From: Leucoraja ocellata
Taxonomy: Eukaryota
Assembly: GCA_036785375.1 (NCBI GenBank)
Contig: JAWMAR010000009.1
Coordinates: 3,968,001-4,032,000 of the forward strand
Reading direction: 5' to 3'
DNA: 64,000 nucleotides
Under the pieces are notes generated by a model. That model had not been told where the DNA came from and did not search any database. It saw only the letters and a program-made list of their open reading frames with translations. The stretch's first letter is position 1. Each line of letters begins with the position of its first letter. Shown here piece after piece: positions 36,010-48,759 of this stretch. The position numbers were made by a program, and so were the translations under genes.

Positions 36010-36610
36010 TGACAGGCCGCGTGACATAAAGTCACTTCCCGATGGGCTACAGTCACGCCCGACAACAGGCCTGGCTCATTGGCCCGGTACCAAGAACCAG
36101 CTTGGTAAGGTTGCCGCCTGGCCTCTTCTCACCCCGAGGACTGGAGAGGAGGGTGTCGTGCCGAAGGCCAGTAAGCACACCAGTGGCGGGAGGTACTGCA
36201 AGGCCCACTGGAGGCCTTGCAGCAGCCTGGGGCTTGACAAGGCGAGCCGTGGCCATATCCCAACTGTAAGCCCAGCTAAGGGGTGTTGCCGCCTGCTTCC
36301 TCGGTTGATTGTGGGAATGCGCCCTGTCCCACCACCCGTGGAATGAGGGCTGAAGAGGGTCAGGCGTAGAGAAGAACACCAGTTTGCAGACGGCTGGATG
36401 GAAGCAATGGCTGCAACAGGCCTTTGTGGCCCGCTGCAGCTGAGATTGTAAAATGGTACATCTTGCACCTGTACTCAGTGGGCTGCTCTGCACATTCTGT
36501 ACTAACCAAGGGGTTGTGCTTGTGTACAGGGATAGTCTTACTGTATGCAAAAAATGTACATCACTGTGCCTGATACTCATGACAATAAAGAAACCATTTT
36601 ATCATTGAAA
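36010..36610 (+). mobile_element. Unclassified GC-rich retroelement with tcactgtg...atgacaataaa tail
   Basis: GC-rich head and the same tail type as 5150-5960 and 12300-12598. Confidence 0.4.
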
Positions 36611-37669
36611 TGTGTATGTATTTTGATCAGCATCATGTCCATACCATTTCACAAGGCCATCTGAGATGCGGAATGCACACACTTTAAGATGCCCATTATA
36701 TAAAACCAACATCTGCAGTTCATTCCTACACATCTAAAACTGAGTGCTTGAGGAATTGATGATTTTGATTAACTGGATAAGTTCTTCAAATCTCCAACGG
36801 GATAGTGGGATTGTAGCTCCAAATGGAGCATCCTGCAAGAAGATGGAGAAGAGGTTGGGTTGAGTTCCTCCAGCTGTAATTTAAAGAACTGAGAAGCAAG
36901 TTAAACATAAGGACTTCAAATCACTTCCACTCTTCTTGCTGGTTCCAGCGTCTTGTGAAATATTCAATTGAACACCGCACTGTCTTCCACTCCAACTCAT
37001 TCTTCCTCAAATTCTTAAAGCAAATGGGTTCCTTACATCCTTCTAATTTTTATTTTGTCACATTCATCTTCTAAGATCCAGATTAGGCAATAACCTGTCA
37101 CTGCCTCCCAATGTGTCTAGTTAATCCATTAACCCTGACTGTAGGCCACGTGAATCAGCCTTTCCTTTATTCTTCAATAAGAGGGGGAGAGGGGGAGAAT
37201 CTAGTAATAGGATAATCCCAATAGATCTGTAAGAGGCTAATAATAAACTCTGATAATATCTCCCGTTTGTTGCTGACTATACAGTTACATTTCACTTTCT
37301 TATGTTATTGATGTCTATTTAATGTTCTTTGAAATCTGATAATCACGTCCTCCTGGTAAATAGTTTCAGGTATTGGAAGTATTCCTTGGCATATGAATCT
37401 GAATAAAATGTATATACTGCAGTTCAGGCGATGGATTAATCTTCAATTTTGTCCCTTAAGGTTCAGTAATAATGGGAAGCGGTGGAGGAGGTGAAAGAGC
37501 TTCGTCTTAATTACGAGGAAAGCATTCAACTCTTTATGTATGCAGTTGTCATATAATTATTGTTATAGTATCTACTTACTAAGCAGTCCCTTGGGATTGA
37601 GAATGCCTTGCTTCCATTATAGTTCTGTAATGCCTGAGAGGGCTAATGAGGCCAATGTTTGAACTGGAG

Positions 37670-38030
37670 ACTCATGGAGCATGGAAACAGGCCCTTTGAC
37701 CACACTTGTGTGTGTGTGTGTGTCACCTCCTTGGCTTCCTATAACATATTTACCCCCTCCCCTTAAATCTGTGTCCTCTGGTTCTCGATTCCTCTACTTT
37801 GAGTAAAAGACTCTATACATTTACCTTATCTTTTCGTCTCATGACCTTCCATGCCTCTATAAGATCACCCCACATCCCCTGTGCTCCAAGGAATAAAGTC
37901 CTAGCCTGCTCAACCTCTCTCTATGGCTCGGACCCTCGAGTCCTGGCAACATCCTCATGAATCTTCTCTGCACCCTTTGCGGCTTAACAACATCTTTCCT
38001 CTAACAGAATAACCAATGCAATACTCTAAA
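37670..38030 (-). mobile_element. CR1-type LINE fragment
   Basis: Reverse complement of RRFMRMLPGLEG...ERLSRLGLYSL. Confidence 0.8.
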
Positions 38031-38447
38031 TGCAAAACTCTGCATCAGTGGGGTTAGAAACAAATTGACATTTTGTATTCAAAAGCCTTATTAAATCGAG
38101 AAAAGAAAGCAAACAAGCATGTGATGTTGAACAGTTTGCTATTAGTCCTGAAGATGACCTCCACTCCTTTGATATTTTTATTGAGGTGAAGCACCCTGCA
38201 AAGGAAGATTGTAAAAAATGGACTCAGGGCAATGATGTGGCCTTGTTTGGCGATTATCTATTCTGTGAATTGCTCTTTTGTAGTTCTGTTGAGTAGGAAT
38301 GTGGCTTTCATGTCATCATGAAGCCGACAAGATGGATTTCAGAGTTCAGCTGGATCAGTGGCTGAGGAATATGATCTGCAGTCCCTTATGTTTGGAGTTA
38401 AATGCTCTAGTGAATCTGAAAATGGTCATCTCCTTTGGTCGGCGCTG

Positions 38448-38742
38448 ATTTTAGACAGCACAGAAACCGGTCCTTTGACCCACCGACTCCATGCCGACCA
38501 GCGATTACCCAGTACACCAGCGCTATCCTACACACTAGGGACAATTTACATTATTAAGCAAAGCTAATGAACCTACAATTCTCAACATCTTTGGAGTGCG
38601 GGAGGAAACGGAGCACCAAGAGGAAACCCCTATGGTCACAGGGAGATTGTACAAACTACTCACAGACAACGTCGATAGTCGGGTTCGAACTTGGGTCTCT
38701 GGCACTGTAAGGCAGCAACTCTACCGCTGCGCCACTGTGCCA
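38448..38742 (-). mobile_element. HE1/V-SINE
   Basis: Head ...caactctaccgctgcgccactgtgcc, V-domain and tail present. Confidence 0.85.
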
Positions 38743-38764
38743 CTGCACTTCTCTTGGAGTTGTC

Positions 38765-39290
38765 TTGCAGTGAAGCGCATGTCCACTGTTTCTGTAGATG
38801 GATACTAATCTCTCTTTGGCCACTGGGGGGAGATGGGTTTGGAGGACCCTGGCGAAGATGTGCCTTGTAGCGGAGAGCAGGTAAATTCCTCTGCAGGCTT
38901 GTTTCTTTCCTTGAGGATTATTGTCTGAGGCCCCCTGGTGGTCCTCTTCTTCCCAGATGAGAGCTACGTAGTTAAGGGTTTGTGACTTGAGCTCTTTACT
39001 GCTGGGCTTTAGAACTTTGGTGGATTTACCGTCTGCTCTTGAGACCTTGTTGTTTTTTAGTCTGGATGTGGGCTTTTTGATTTCTCGGTCAAGATTGGTG
39101 TTGAGGCTTCCCTGAATAAGCTGTTGTATGACAAGAGTCAAGGGCACTCATATCCAAGGTCGTCTTGGTTGAAGAGATTCTCCAAACATTTCTTCCAGTG
39201 GCTGTCTCTGCATTATTGATAAATTCACTTCCACTCTCTGCCTTCAGTGAGGTGGAGCCTTGCCTATAGATTGTGTTGACAGTAATTTAT
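38765..39290 (-). mobile_element. RTE/BovB-like LINE RT fragment
   Basis: ORF 38656..39147 ...LKNNK..ADG...CRGIYLLSATRHIFARVL..HLPPVAKE resembles RTE YRGISLLS..GKIFARVL. Confidence 0.75.
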
Positions 39291-41374
39291 GATGATACTG
39301 GAACAATAGTCCAAAGAAATTGGATTGTAATCAATGTCCGAGCAAATGAGAATTTGATTTATAGTTAAGGACATAGATGTGTGTTGAGATGGGTGACTGT
39401 AACATGCATGCATTTTATTGAAATTAGTTTAATATACTGTTTATCTTTATAATTCTTTGCAGTCACATGCTAATACTATTGATTATTTTATGCTTGCCTC
39501 TTGATTGTGACTAACTGTGTAAAATTGCAGCATAGATTGAGGCATAGTGTACTGCGAAGATTTAAGACGACCGATCACACCCTTCTCCAGGCAACCAGAG
39601 GTAGGTAATAAACACAAAATGCTTGAAACACCCAGCAAGTTTGGCAGCACCTGCGGAAAGAGAAACCAATTGCATTCTTCATGTCCAGGACCCATCATCA
39701 GAACCAGTCAGTCAATCTGATGAAAGGTTCCCGACCTGAAAAAATAACAATTTCTCTTTCCACAGATGTCGAGGGTTTTTTTTAGTATGTTTTATTGCAA
39801 ATTTTTATTTCAGTTCTTTTATTTTCATTTAGGGTTGGATACTTAACACTTTATCACCGACAGTCATATGCCAAGAATATATTAAAACAAGACATTTGCA
39901 ATATATTACAGATATGACCTAAAATTAAAAGGCATTTTTGTTACTGGAACTCCATGGTTACTTATCAATTCTTCTTTCAGTACTTGCTTAAAGTTTCCAA
40001 TACAACATCAGAAGTTGAAAGAAAGAAATGTTTAATGTTATTTCATTGTCGGATCTAATGGCCCAGCTATTAGTCACCATCAGAGCCTTGTCCCCAAGAT
40101 CAGATACAGCACCGGCAGCAAACATTCATGGTTTCTGCCCTGATGTATTGCATCTCTGTTTAGTTTAATTTGAAGATAGATCTGCCACAACGATCCTTCC
40201 TGTCAAATAAGCAGAAGCAGGTTTTCAATGCAATTGTGCTTAATTTCAAGATGACTATGGAAGGAATTGGCAGGGTGTAAATTTCTCTGAAAACGTTACC
40301 TAAAGTGAAGCACTGAATTCTACCAAGCAGCCATCAAGAGCACTCGGATGTGCAGTGATATTTATAGAGGCCACAGTTCAAAAATACACTTCTTGTGCTC
40401 TCGTAAGTTGGATTTGACACGTGAAAAAATACTTAATGTCACCTTCTGTATTCCTTTTGAGGTTTGTTTGAGGCAAAAGTAGGTTAATCTGGACTTTCTT
40501 GCAGGGAGGAAATGCCAAAGACTAGAGGGCATTGCTTTGAGGTGAGAGGGGCACAGTTTAAAGGTGAATGCCTGAAATGTGTAGCCAGGGGTTGTGGTGG
40601 AGACTGATAAGATAGTGGCCTTTAAGAAGATTTTAGGCAGGCAATGGATTTGCTGATAATGGAGAGATATGGATCACATGCAGGCAGAGGAGATTCATTT
40701 AAATTGGCATCATATTTGACAGACATTGTGGGCTGAAGAGCCTATTCCTGTGCTGTACTCTTTCTACATTTGATTTCAAACTTTACCCAGTTCTGATGAA
40801 AGCTATTGAAACATTAACTTTGCTTTTCTCCTCCTAGATGGTGTTGGGGCTGCTGCATATTTCCAGCATTTTGGTTTTTATTTCAGGTTTCTACCACCTG
40901 CCGTTTTTTTGCATTTTGATTCTTTTCTGACTCTTGTTCCACAGCAGAGATCAGAGTTAATTTAACACCAGCAGCCTCTGCTGCACCATTTTAGTGATGA
41001 ATTGGTAAGGATAAATGTATGAGATAGCGAGCGTCACTGTAATGTTTTTATACCAGGTATTTGTGTCGTCTTTCTGTGTGAGACGTGCAAATTCACGTCA
41101 AATTATAAAATGTTTCATATTGCAAGATTACGGATATCTGTGTTCTAGTTCTTGTGCTTTCAGCTGCATAGGCTCTAAGCTTTTGAATTCTTCTTTAAAC
41201 GTATCTGCCCCACAACCTATTATCAGTTAAGGTGCTATCTATCCAGCATACCTATGCTTCTTTATCCAGACTTTTGGCATTGTCCAATTAGTTTTAAATG
41301 GGATAAGTATACTTTTATAATGAATCTCCTGTTAATCACCTTTGCATATTTTGCCATGCTAGTGTAGTTATTAG

Positions 41375-41590
41375 ATTCATAGAGTGATACAGTGTGGAAA
41401 CGGGCCCTTTGGCCCAACTCCCACACCGGCCAACATGCCCCAGCTACACTAGTCCCACCTGCCGGCATTTGGTCCATTTTCCTCCAAACTTTTCCTATCC
41501 ATGTACCTGCCCAACTGTTTCTTAAATGTTGGGATAGTCCCCGCCTCAACTACCTCCTCTGGCAGCTTGTTCCATACACCCACCACTCTT
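41375..41590 (-). mobile_element. CR1/HER1 3' end
   Basis: ORF 41449..41697 KRVVGVWNKLPEEVVEAGTIPTFKKQLGRYMD. Confidence 0.85.
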
Positions 41591-43189
41591 TTGGTAATTT
41601 CTAAAGTAATAGGTTGAAATATATCGGGAAGCCGACTAGGCGATCCAGATTCTGGTTTCTCATGGAAGATTAGATGGAGGGAGAAAGTTCCAAGCAAAGA
41701 ATGCGCCTAGGTCGGGTGCATCAGTCATTTATTGTTAATAATCATCAACCTAATCTCGCCAAACCCCAGAGCCATATTACAATTACCATTACTTTAATAT
41801 GAAATGTAATAAATGTCATCCCCACTTTCATTTTTATTGGGGGATTTTAAAGAAGCCCGATCTGCAATGATGTCTCTTTGATCAGATGTTGTTTGGTTCG
41901 TGTTATAATGTGTTGTAACGATTCCAGAAGATTCCCGCAGCCAGGCTGAGCAGCAATTTTGTCAGCCTGTGCATCATGAATGTGAATGAATCTCTGACGT
42001 ACACAGTTTCCACGCTCAATTAGGTGTAACTAACCAAGTTCATCATCGGATTAGTTGATTGACGGGAAGTGTCAATTTGATTTGTGTAGATTGTCAATAA
42101 GTCATTAGCATGATAGAAATTTGCTGCCTGCTATTTCTCTCATCTGTGTGATTGTGTGCAATTTCATCCCTTGCTTGCTTTCATGCACAATTAAGTATAT
42201 TTTTCTAAATTACATTTCACAGCAATTAAACTTGCTGTTCAGATCTGAACCACCAGATCTCTGGCATTTAGACATCATAATATCGGGAACACAATATAAT
42301 GCTTCAAACTGTACAGTATTGCTAGACTTTATGCTTCCTTTATTTTATTTAGCTTTTCCAAATTTGTAGTAGTTAGCCGACATCACGGAAATGTTTGCTT
42401 ACTATTATGCACACGTAACTACTTGGGATGAAGCCAAATGCTCTTTTTTCCACCCATGTAAAGAGCCAAGTCTAGGTTAATTCAGTTTCTTAATTGCTTT
42501 ATATGCTTCAGTAATAACAAGCAGGCATAGATTGAAGCTGGGAATAGGAACAGGCTGGAAGTAGATAACCTTTCTTGGTATAATACCATTAGTTTGTCCA
42601 AGTGTTTCGAACTAACTTTAATTTCATTGGAACCAAAGTGTGTCTAATTATCTGTGCTGTGAGAAATGTTACCCAAAAGCCTGTTGCTGGACACTATCAG
42701 GTGCTGACTACACAAGTGGTGGATGCTGCCAATGATCTTCAGTTGTACAGGAGTGCCTGCTGTACAAAATTGTCTGCCAGTGATGAAAGCAAATTTGAGA
42801 CTCTCGATTATTAAACTTAAGGGGATTTACCTGACCAGGCTTGGCAGTCTCATCTCTTGGCCCCATTCTCTTGGCTTGGCCCCATTCTCTTCTCCCTGTA
42901 TATGCTCCCCTTGGGCCAAGTCATTCAAAGGCACGGCATTTCCTTCCATTGCTCTGCAGACAGGACCGGTGCTAGGAATTGCGGGGCCCAATTAGAAAAC
43001 TGATGGCGGGGCCCCTACTCTACAAAAGTAAAAATTTATGTATGTTTATATTTCGTGTAGTATGCTCGTCTTTAACCAAAAAAAACATTAAATGCTTGAT
43101 ATACTAAAATTTTGAAAAACTATATGAAAGTTTTATTTTTTTAATACAAGGTAAGGCAATTACAGACATACTGCTTATACACAGGTCTT

Positions 43190-45854
43190 TTAGAAAAATA
43201 CTTTTCTGGCTTTTTTATTTGCAAAGTCTCTCAAAATATTTTCAAGATCAATGGTTTTAGCAATGTCATTTTCTATAGATATCATTGCCAAATTGTTTAG
43301 TCTCTCTTGTGAAATTGTTGACCGTAAGTATGTTTTAATCAGTTTTAGTTTTGAAAAACTTCTTTCACCTGATGCGACTGTTACAGGCATTGTTAAGTAA
43401 ATCCTCAAAGCAATAAAAATCATTAGGAAATGCTGTAAATCGATTGTTTGCTACCAGGTATTCAAACAGAGCATGAGGCTTAATGATACTGGAGGGAAGA
43501 AAAGTTTTCAGAGCTTCAAGTTCTTCAGCCAATAGATAGCCATCAACGTCTTTAGTTTTTTCAGTAACTACCTCTTCATCAGTGCTCTGTTTTATTGTGG
43601 TGTCTGTTAAAGCTGCTTCAAGGTCCGCTGTGTGCTTCCTTATTTCCGCCTTCTGTATACTGAAAGTTATTTAGAAATCCAAATAATTTTACATGGCTTT
43701 TAAGTTGTTCAAATCTACACTCCATGGACTGAATAGCTTGGTCTAGCACTAAGTTGAAGCACTGAATTCTTTACGCTTCTTTTGGATCATATAAAGGTTG
43801 ATCTTTTGTCTCATATGAAAACATTCTCTTCCTTCTACGTAGTTTTTTTTCTTGAAATTGTCTAAACTCCAATGGTAATTCAACAGATTCAGCCAATTCA
43901 TTTGCACCTACTAGAACATCATTAAAACCTTCCTCTCTATAAATTCTTAGCCATGATAATAGTTTTTCAAATGACTCCATGCCTTCATCAATGTCCTTTG
44001 TTTCACCTTGTAGTTGCTTGCTTACATAGTTAACTTTAAAAAGTATTTCATACCAAAATATCAAAGAAACTAAAAATGTGTAGTCTTTTAGCTGGTTTGC
44101 TAAAGATTCAGCTTCTGCTTTTACCTTGGGCTCATCTGTTATCTCTGATATTTCCACAAGTGCATCATATACTTCTCCAACCTGATAACGAATAGCTTTA
44201 ACACTATCAATCCGACACTCCCACCTTGTATTGCTCAAGGGTTTAACTGATAACCCGGGTACATGTTTTTTAAAAACTGCCCACCTTTTTGTTGATGCTG
44301 AGAACAATATGTAGATCGTTTGCAGAATCCCAAAAAATGTTATGGCATCTGGACAACACTTGGCTACATCTCCGAGTAAAAGGTTATAATTGTGACATGC
44401 ACAGGGTACAAAAAATGCTCTTGAATTATCCTTCAACAGTCGTGCTTGTACTCCAGATGTGTGACCTTTCATGTTGCTACCGTTGTCATAGCCTTGGCCT
44501 CGAATGTCTTGCACTTCTAAATGTAATTCCTTCAGTGTGTTTAATAATGTTTTATATAAAACTTCTCCTGTGCTACTTTCAACTTGTATAAACTTTATGA
44601 AATGTTCATAAACACCCGAAGGAGCCAAGTTACCATCAGACACATACCTGATCGTTAGAGACATTTGTTCTTGGTGACTCATATCAGGTGTGCAGTCTAA
44701 AATAATGGCGTAGTACTTAGCTGCTTTTACACGTTTCAGTATTTCATTCAAAACAGCTGTAGCCATGATGTTTAGTAGTTCATTCTGAGTATCTTTTCCT
44801 AAATAGTGATTATGAATTTTGTGGGTTTTGATTTTTCGCAAATGTGTATCAAGAACAGGGTCAAACTTTACAAGCAGCTCCACAAGACCTAAAGAGTTTC
44901 CATTGTGCACACTCTCATTACCAACATTTTCTTTTGTTCCTCTAAATGCTAAATTTCTCTCAGCAAGAAACTGCACTATTGCTACTAACCTTTTGAATAC
45001 TTGCTGCCAGTGCTTTGCATGTTAATTGACGATTTTTTCACGCTCTTTTGTCAATTGTCTGTCCACTACAAAGTCTTTGGTGTAACTCCCAGAAACTCCA
45101 TGTGGTTTCTAAATGGTTCTTTGAATTTTCATGCTCACATAACCTTGTATGAAGATTACACCAGTTGTTGAATCCACTTGTTGATAATGTACTGGTTGTA
45201 TTCTTACTAAAAAGTTAAAAGTTTGCAATAAAAGCAATACATTCTATCAGCAGACTGAGTGTATATAATCCAAGGTCTTTCAACACTCTCACCATTTGTA
45301 AGTTTCCTCTTACAGTGAAACCTTGAAAAACACAATCCCTTTTCATTTCTTGGAAAGCTGGTCACTGGAATATTAGGAGGACCTTTCATTGTTAAATAAT
45401 CTCTTACATTTTTATTTATATCTGCTGGCCAACTGGTTGGGTCATCATACATGTTAATTACAACTGTACTCATGGATGATCTATCATTGCATGATGTTTG
45501 GTCTTGTTTTTCTCCGGTCATAAGTAAGCTTTCTGCTTTGGCACTGTCTTCTGGTGCATTGAGATCGTCTTCAATTTGATTCACAGCTGCGTCATCCTTT
45601 TCTAATTTGTTATCAATGTCATCATTGTATTTATCAACTGTAATTGGACTCAAAGCTATATCGTCATTTTCTGAATAGTTTTTGTTTTCTTCATCCTCAG
45701 TACATGGGCGCTTCAAAGATGGAGTGAGAAGGAATTTTTTGATAGCACCTCTATGTTTTTCATTTTCAGCTACCTTAGCCTTGACCAATGCTCGTTTCTG
45801 GTTGCCACTTAAATATTGACGCCCTTTGTCTCGATCTCTGCTTGTGCTTGCCAT
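43190..45854 (-). pseudogene. hAT transposase (ZMYM1-like/DUF4371 plus hATC dimerisation type), disrupted
   Basis: ORFs 45207..45905 (YCFYC zinc finger), 43771..44976 (IILDCTPD, GYDNGSNMKG, CACH, TRW) and 43190..43423 (PVTVASGERSFSKLKLIKTYLRS). In-frame TAA at 43771-3 plus frameshifts. ATG at 45854 in acATCATGG context. Confidence 0.92.
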
Positions 45855-45909
45855 GATGTAAGGCCTTTTTATATTATCTTTTTTAGAAAAGACAAACAAT
45901 GACAATAAT

Positions 45910-46455
45910 CTGAAATTTAAAAAAATTGTATTAACAAGAAGGAAGGAAAAAAGAAGAAGAAGGGGAAAGAAGGAAGAAAGTTTGAATGATGAAAGAAGGA
46001 AAGAACTTCAATATTAAAAAAAGTTATAAGAACTATTTTACGTTTTGAGAAATTGCCTTGTAAAGATTTTGTACGCATTTACTGTAATAAATTCTAAAGT
46101 ATTATGCCGAAATACTTGAAAATTGATGTGATTATACAAAATCTTATAAGGAAACCACTGTTATTTGGTCTTCGGAGTTGCACTAGGCTATGTTTACATT
46201 CATTACAAACATTCATTATAAACAGGTGATTCCTAGCCAAACCTACCGCTAGATAAATTTTTGAGTCATCTAACGAAACGAAACGAAACCAAACCAAACC
46301 TAACCTGCGATTGCACTTTTCATAATATAACATTAATTTAGGCCACATGTCACGGATCTACTTACCCGGGCGGAATGATTTGGCGGCGCCGGGCTGAAGG
46401 ATTTGCCGATGGTAATGCGGTGCGTTCCCCAAAAGTAAAAACTACCCTATATAAG
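45910..46455 (-). promoter_or_regulatory. Predicted transposase promoter and 5'-UTR intron
   Basis: Minus strand: TATATA at about 46454-46449, donor G|GTAAGT at 46365, long pyrimidine tract and tttcAG acceptor ending at 45910. AATAAA at 43137-43132 after the stop. Confidence 0.55.
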
Positions 46456-47699
46456 TATCCATGGAACACGAAAAATAATCATTATATTCAGAATCAGCTA
46501 TTCCACCCACAAGCCATTTTTGGAATTAAAATTTCTCATTCTTCATTTCACGTTTTCAGTAGTGATTTATTCCTCTTAGAATACAGAAAAGGCTTCAAAC
46601 GGTAACTCTGACGCCGCTGGCACGGGGCCCCCTTAAGGTGCGGGGCCCAATTTCATAAAATTGGTCAAATAGGCTTAAAACCGGCCCTGTATGCAGATGA
46701 TACACAACTCTATCTCCCCCTGAAGCCCAACAACCGATCAAATCTACTTAACCTTATCCACTGCCTCGAGGATATAAAGTGTTGGATGGCCCAGAACTTC
46801 CTCCAACTAAACGAGAGTAGGTCTGAGGTCATCCTTCTCGGCGCCTCGGACTCAATCAAAACCACAGTAGGCAGCCTTGGAAGCCTTACCCCATTACTCA
46901 AACCTCACGTCAAAAACCGTGGCGTGATATTTGACTCAGCATTGAAATTTGACAAGCAAGTCAATGCCGTGTTAAAGCTAGTTTCTTCCAGCTTCGGACG
47001 ACAGCTAAAATAAAACAATTCCTCCAGTTTGACAACCTTGAAAAAAATCATCCACTCATTTATCTCCTCCTGCCCCGATTACTGCAACTCCCATTACACT
47101 GGCATCAGCCAATCTTCCCTGTCCCGCCTGCAACTTGTCCAAAACGCCGCAGCGAGACTCCTGACGGACACCTGAAAAAGGGACACCATCACCCCGATTC
47201 TGGCCTCTCTCCACTGGCTCCCTGTGCGGTTACGAATAAATTTCAAGATCCTTCTTTTTGTTTACAAAGCCCTTAACGGGCTCACCCCCACCTACATCAA
47301 AAATCTGCTTACCCACCACACCTCCTCCAGGTCCCTCAGATCGGCCGACTTGGAGTTACTGACCATCCTGCAGTCTAGGCATAAGCTCAGGGGCGACCGC
47401 GCCTTTGCGGTTGCAGCTCGTAGACTGGAACAGCATCCCTCTTCCCATCAGAACTGCCCCCTCCATCGACTCTTTGAAGTCAAGACTTAAAATTCATCTT
47501 TACTCTCAAGCCTTTCTTGACGTCGTCTGAGGGAGGGCTATATGTATGTATTTATGTATGTACTTTAATCTATGAACCACTGTTGTATAATGTTAGTACC
47601 TCCACCAATGTAAAGCACTTTGGTCAATGAGAGTTGTTTTTTAAATGTGCTATAGAAATAAGGCATGATTAGAACATCACTGTACCACATCTAAAATCC

Positions 47700-47892
47700 T
47701 CCCTGGGACAACATGGGTTTTCTCCGGGTGCTTCAGTTTCCTCTTACATTCCAGTTGTACAGGTTTGTAAGTTAATTGGCTTCGGTAAAATAGTAAATTT
47801 TGGTGTGTAGCGATTGTACAGGGTGATCTCTGGCCAGTGCAGACTTGGTGGGTCGAAGAGCTTGTTTCCACACTGTATCTCTGAAGTCTAAA
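47700..47892 (+). mobile_element. HE1/V-SINE, 5'-truncated
   Basis: tgggttttctccgggtgcttcagtttcctc V-domain and tail. Confidence 0.75.
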
Positions 47893-47949
47893 GCTTGCTC
47901 CAACCATCCTCTCCCATAGAATATTGAAGCAAGGACCCGCACAAAAAGC

Positions 47950-48160
47950 ATGTATATGGAATTCTCTGCCTCAGAGGGCGGTGGAGGCAGGTTCTCTGGA
48001 TGCATTCAAGAGAGAGCTCGATAGGCTCTCAGTGGATATGGGGAGAAGGCAGGAACGGGGTACTGATTTGGGATGATCAGCCATGATCACATTGAATGGC
48101 GGTGCTGGCTCGAAGGGCCAAATGGCCTACTCCTGCACCTATTGTCTATTGTCTATTGTT
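47950..48160 (+). mobile_element. CR1/HER1 3' end with (TATTGTC)n tail
   Basis: tggaattctctgcctcagagggcggtggaggc...ggcctactcctgcacctattgtctattgtc. Confidence 0.85.
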
Positions 48161-48759
48161 GAAATGTCCTTTAATTTTAAGAATGTGGAGATGTGTAAAT
48201 GAGATAGTGGTACACATTCACATCTTTATCCTTGATCCTTTTAACAGGTAACATTTTCTCAACAGAAATATTTAATTTGTATTACTTTTTCTCAACAGAA
48301 ATATTTCGTTTAAATCACAGAAATGCAGGGGAACAGGGTCAATAAAGATTGCTCAAAAGTAAAAATCATTTTACTTGAAGTTTCTTTTAACTGTGAGTAG
48401 ATTTCCTGCTGGTGTGTTTCAAGGTTCCTGGTTTGATTGCTGAATTGTTCATGTAATCTGGAATATCCTGATGGGGAATCAGTTGGTTTAGATCCTTAGT
48501 AATAAAACAACAGGTGAAAACCTATGAATTTTGAAAACTGCATGTTGAAAACATTAGAAAAATGTTGTATTGTATAAGCCAGTGATGGTTAGCCTGTCTG
48601 AAGAAGGGTCCCAACCCAAAATGTTACCTATCCATGTCCTCCAAAGATGCTGCCTGATATGCTGAGTTACTCCAGTACTGTGTCCTTTTAAGGTTAGCCA
48701 AGGTCCTGATTTCTGCGAACTTTGTTAATAAGTGCAGACAGAATAGTGCCCCTGCAATG

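Larger units (their letters stand above)
42961..46689 (-). mobile_element. Full-length hAT DNA transposon (Tip100/Zaphod-like), 3729 bp
   Basis: TIR caggaccggt / accggccctg. 8-bp TSD tctgcaga (42953-60) / tatgcaga (46690-97). Subterminal ggggccc motifs at both ends. Internal transposase. Confidence 0.95.
42857..47662 (+). mobile_element. L2-clade LINE (5'-truncated in RT), split by a hAT insertion
   Basis: 42876-42960 gives [26 protein letters not shown], and 46690 onward gives YADDTQLY...WMAQNFLQLNE...LHWLPVRLRINFKILLFVYKALNG. L2-type 3' end tgtaaagcactttg...aatgtgctatagaaataa. Confidence 0.92.

Noticed and set aside
39531-39600. 70-nt candidate exon (ctaac...tgcAG / GTaggt) open in one frame
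   Set aside because: Weak pyrimidine tract, an unrecognisable peptide and no partner exons. It would need RNA-seq support.
40945-41004. Candidate exon with good acceptor and GTAAGG donor
   Set aside because: Stops in all three frames, and the pyrimidine tract adjoins a repeat tail.
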